Virus record (IMG/VR): IMGVR_UViG_3300042290_000544
Strand: one strand, 5' to 3'
From: a virus
DNA: 64,000 bases
The notes beneath the pieces were generated by a model. The model was not told where the DNA came from. It worked only from the letters and a program-made list of their open reading frames with translations, and did no database searches. The position numbers were made by a program, and so were the translations under genes. Below are positions 63,887-64,000 of the stretch, in pieces; positions within the stretch are counted from its first letter, which is position 1; every line of letters starts with the position of its first letter.

Positions 63887-64000
63887 TCAGATGAATTCAA
63901 AGTAGGTATATCTAAATGAAGCATCAACACTCACATATTCGACATCGGTAGTCTGAGTATGAAATTCAATTGCACCGATGCTTGTGGGAAATGCATCAAC
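63887..64000 (-). CDS. Tail completion protein gp3-like, C-terminal fragment
   Basis: DAFPTSIGAIEF...EY...ASFRYTYFEF*; synteny with uvsY. Confidence 0.7.
   Translation of the reverse strand, partial: VDAFPTSIGAIEFHTQTTDVEYVSVDASFRYTYFEFI

Overview
This is a 64-kb segment of a large T4-like (myovirus-type) bacteriophage genome. Almost everything is on the minus strand. (1) 1-8.0 kb: an RNA island with 29 canonical tRNAs covering all 20 amino acids, a tmRNA (tag ending in LAA), several tRNA-like RNAs with remodelled anticodon arms, more than ten other end-paired structured RNAs, and repeated boxA-like sites. (2) At the head of this island (7822-8045) is what looks like a ribosome-dependent transcription attenuator. 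Its 30-codon leader peptide contains 18 different amino acids and 26 different codons. Its stop codon lies inside an antiterminator that competes with an intrinsic terminator. I read it as a general sensor of tRNA failure that switches on the phage tRNA array; this is the best candidate for an undescribed system. (3) 8-19 kb: small genes on repeated early-promoter cassettes, then HNH, ClpP, exonuclease, PhoH, RNase H, GIY-YIG and nrdAB. (4) 19-31 kb: His-rich putative internal virion proteins with capsid-targeting-like N-termini, including a ligase-like/HAD/nucleotidyltransferase trio. (5) 31-64 kb: thyX, gp41, UvsX, a DNA-modification cluster built on a gp42-like dCMP hydroxymethylase, gp43, Hsp20, RegA, gp62/44/45, a MoxR/vWA pair, gp46/47, gp55, UvsW, UvsY and the end of gp3. 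A beta-barrel and a lipoprotein point to a Gram-negative host, and most genes lack Shine-Dalgarno sequences. All calls were made by eye, without database searches.
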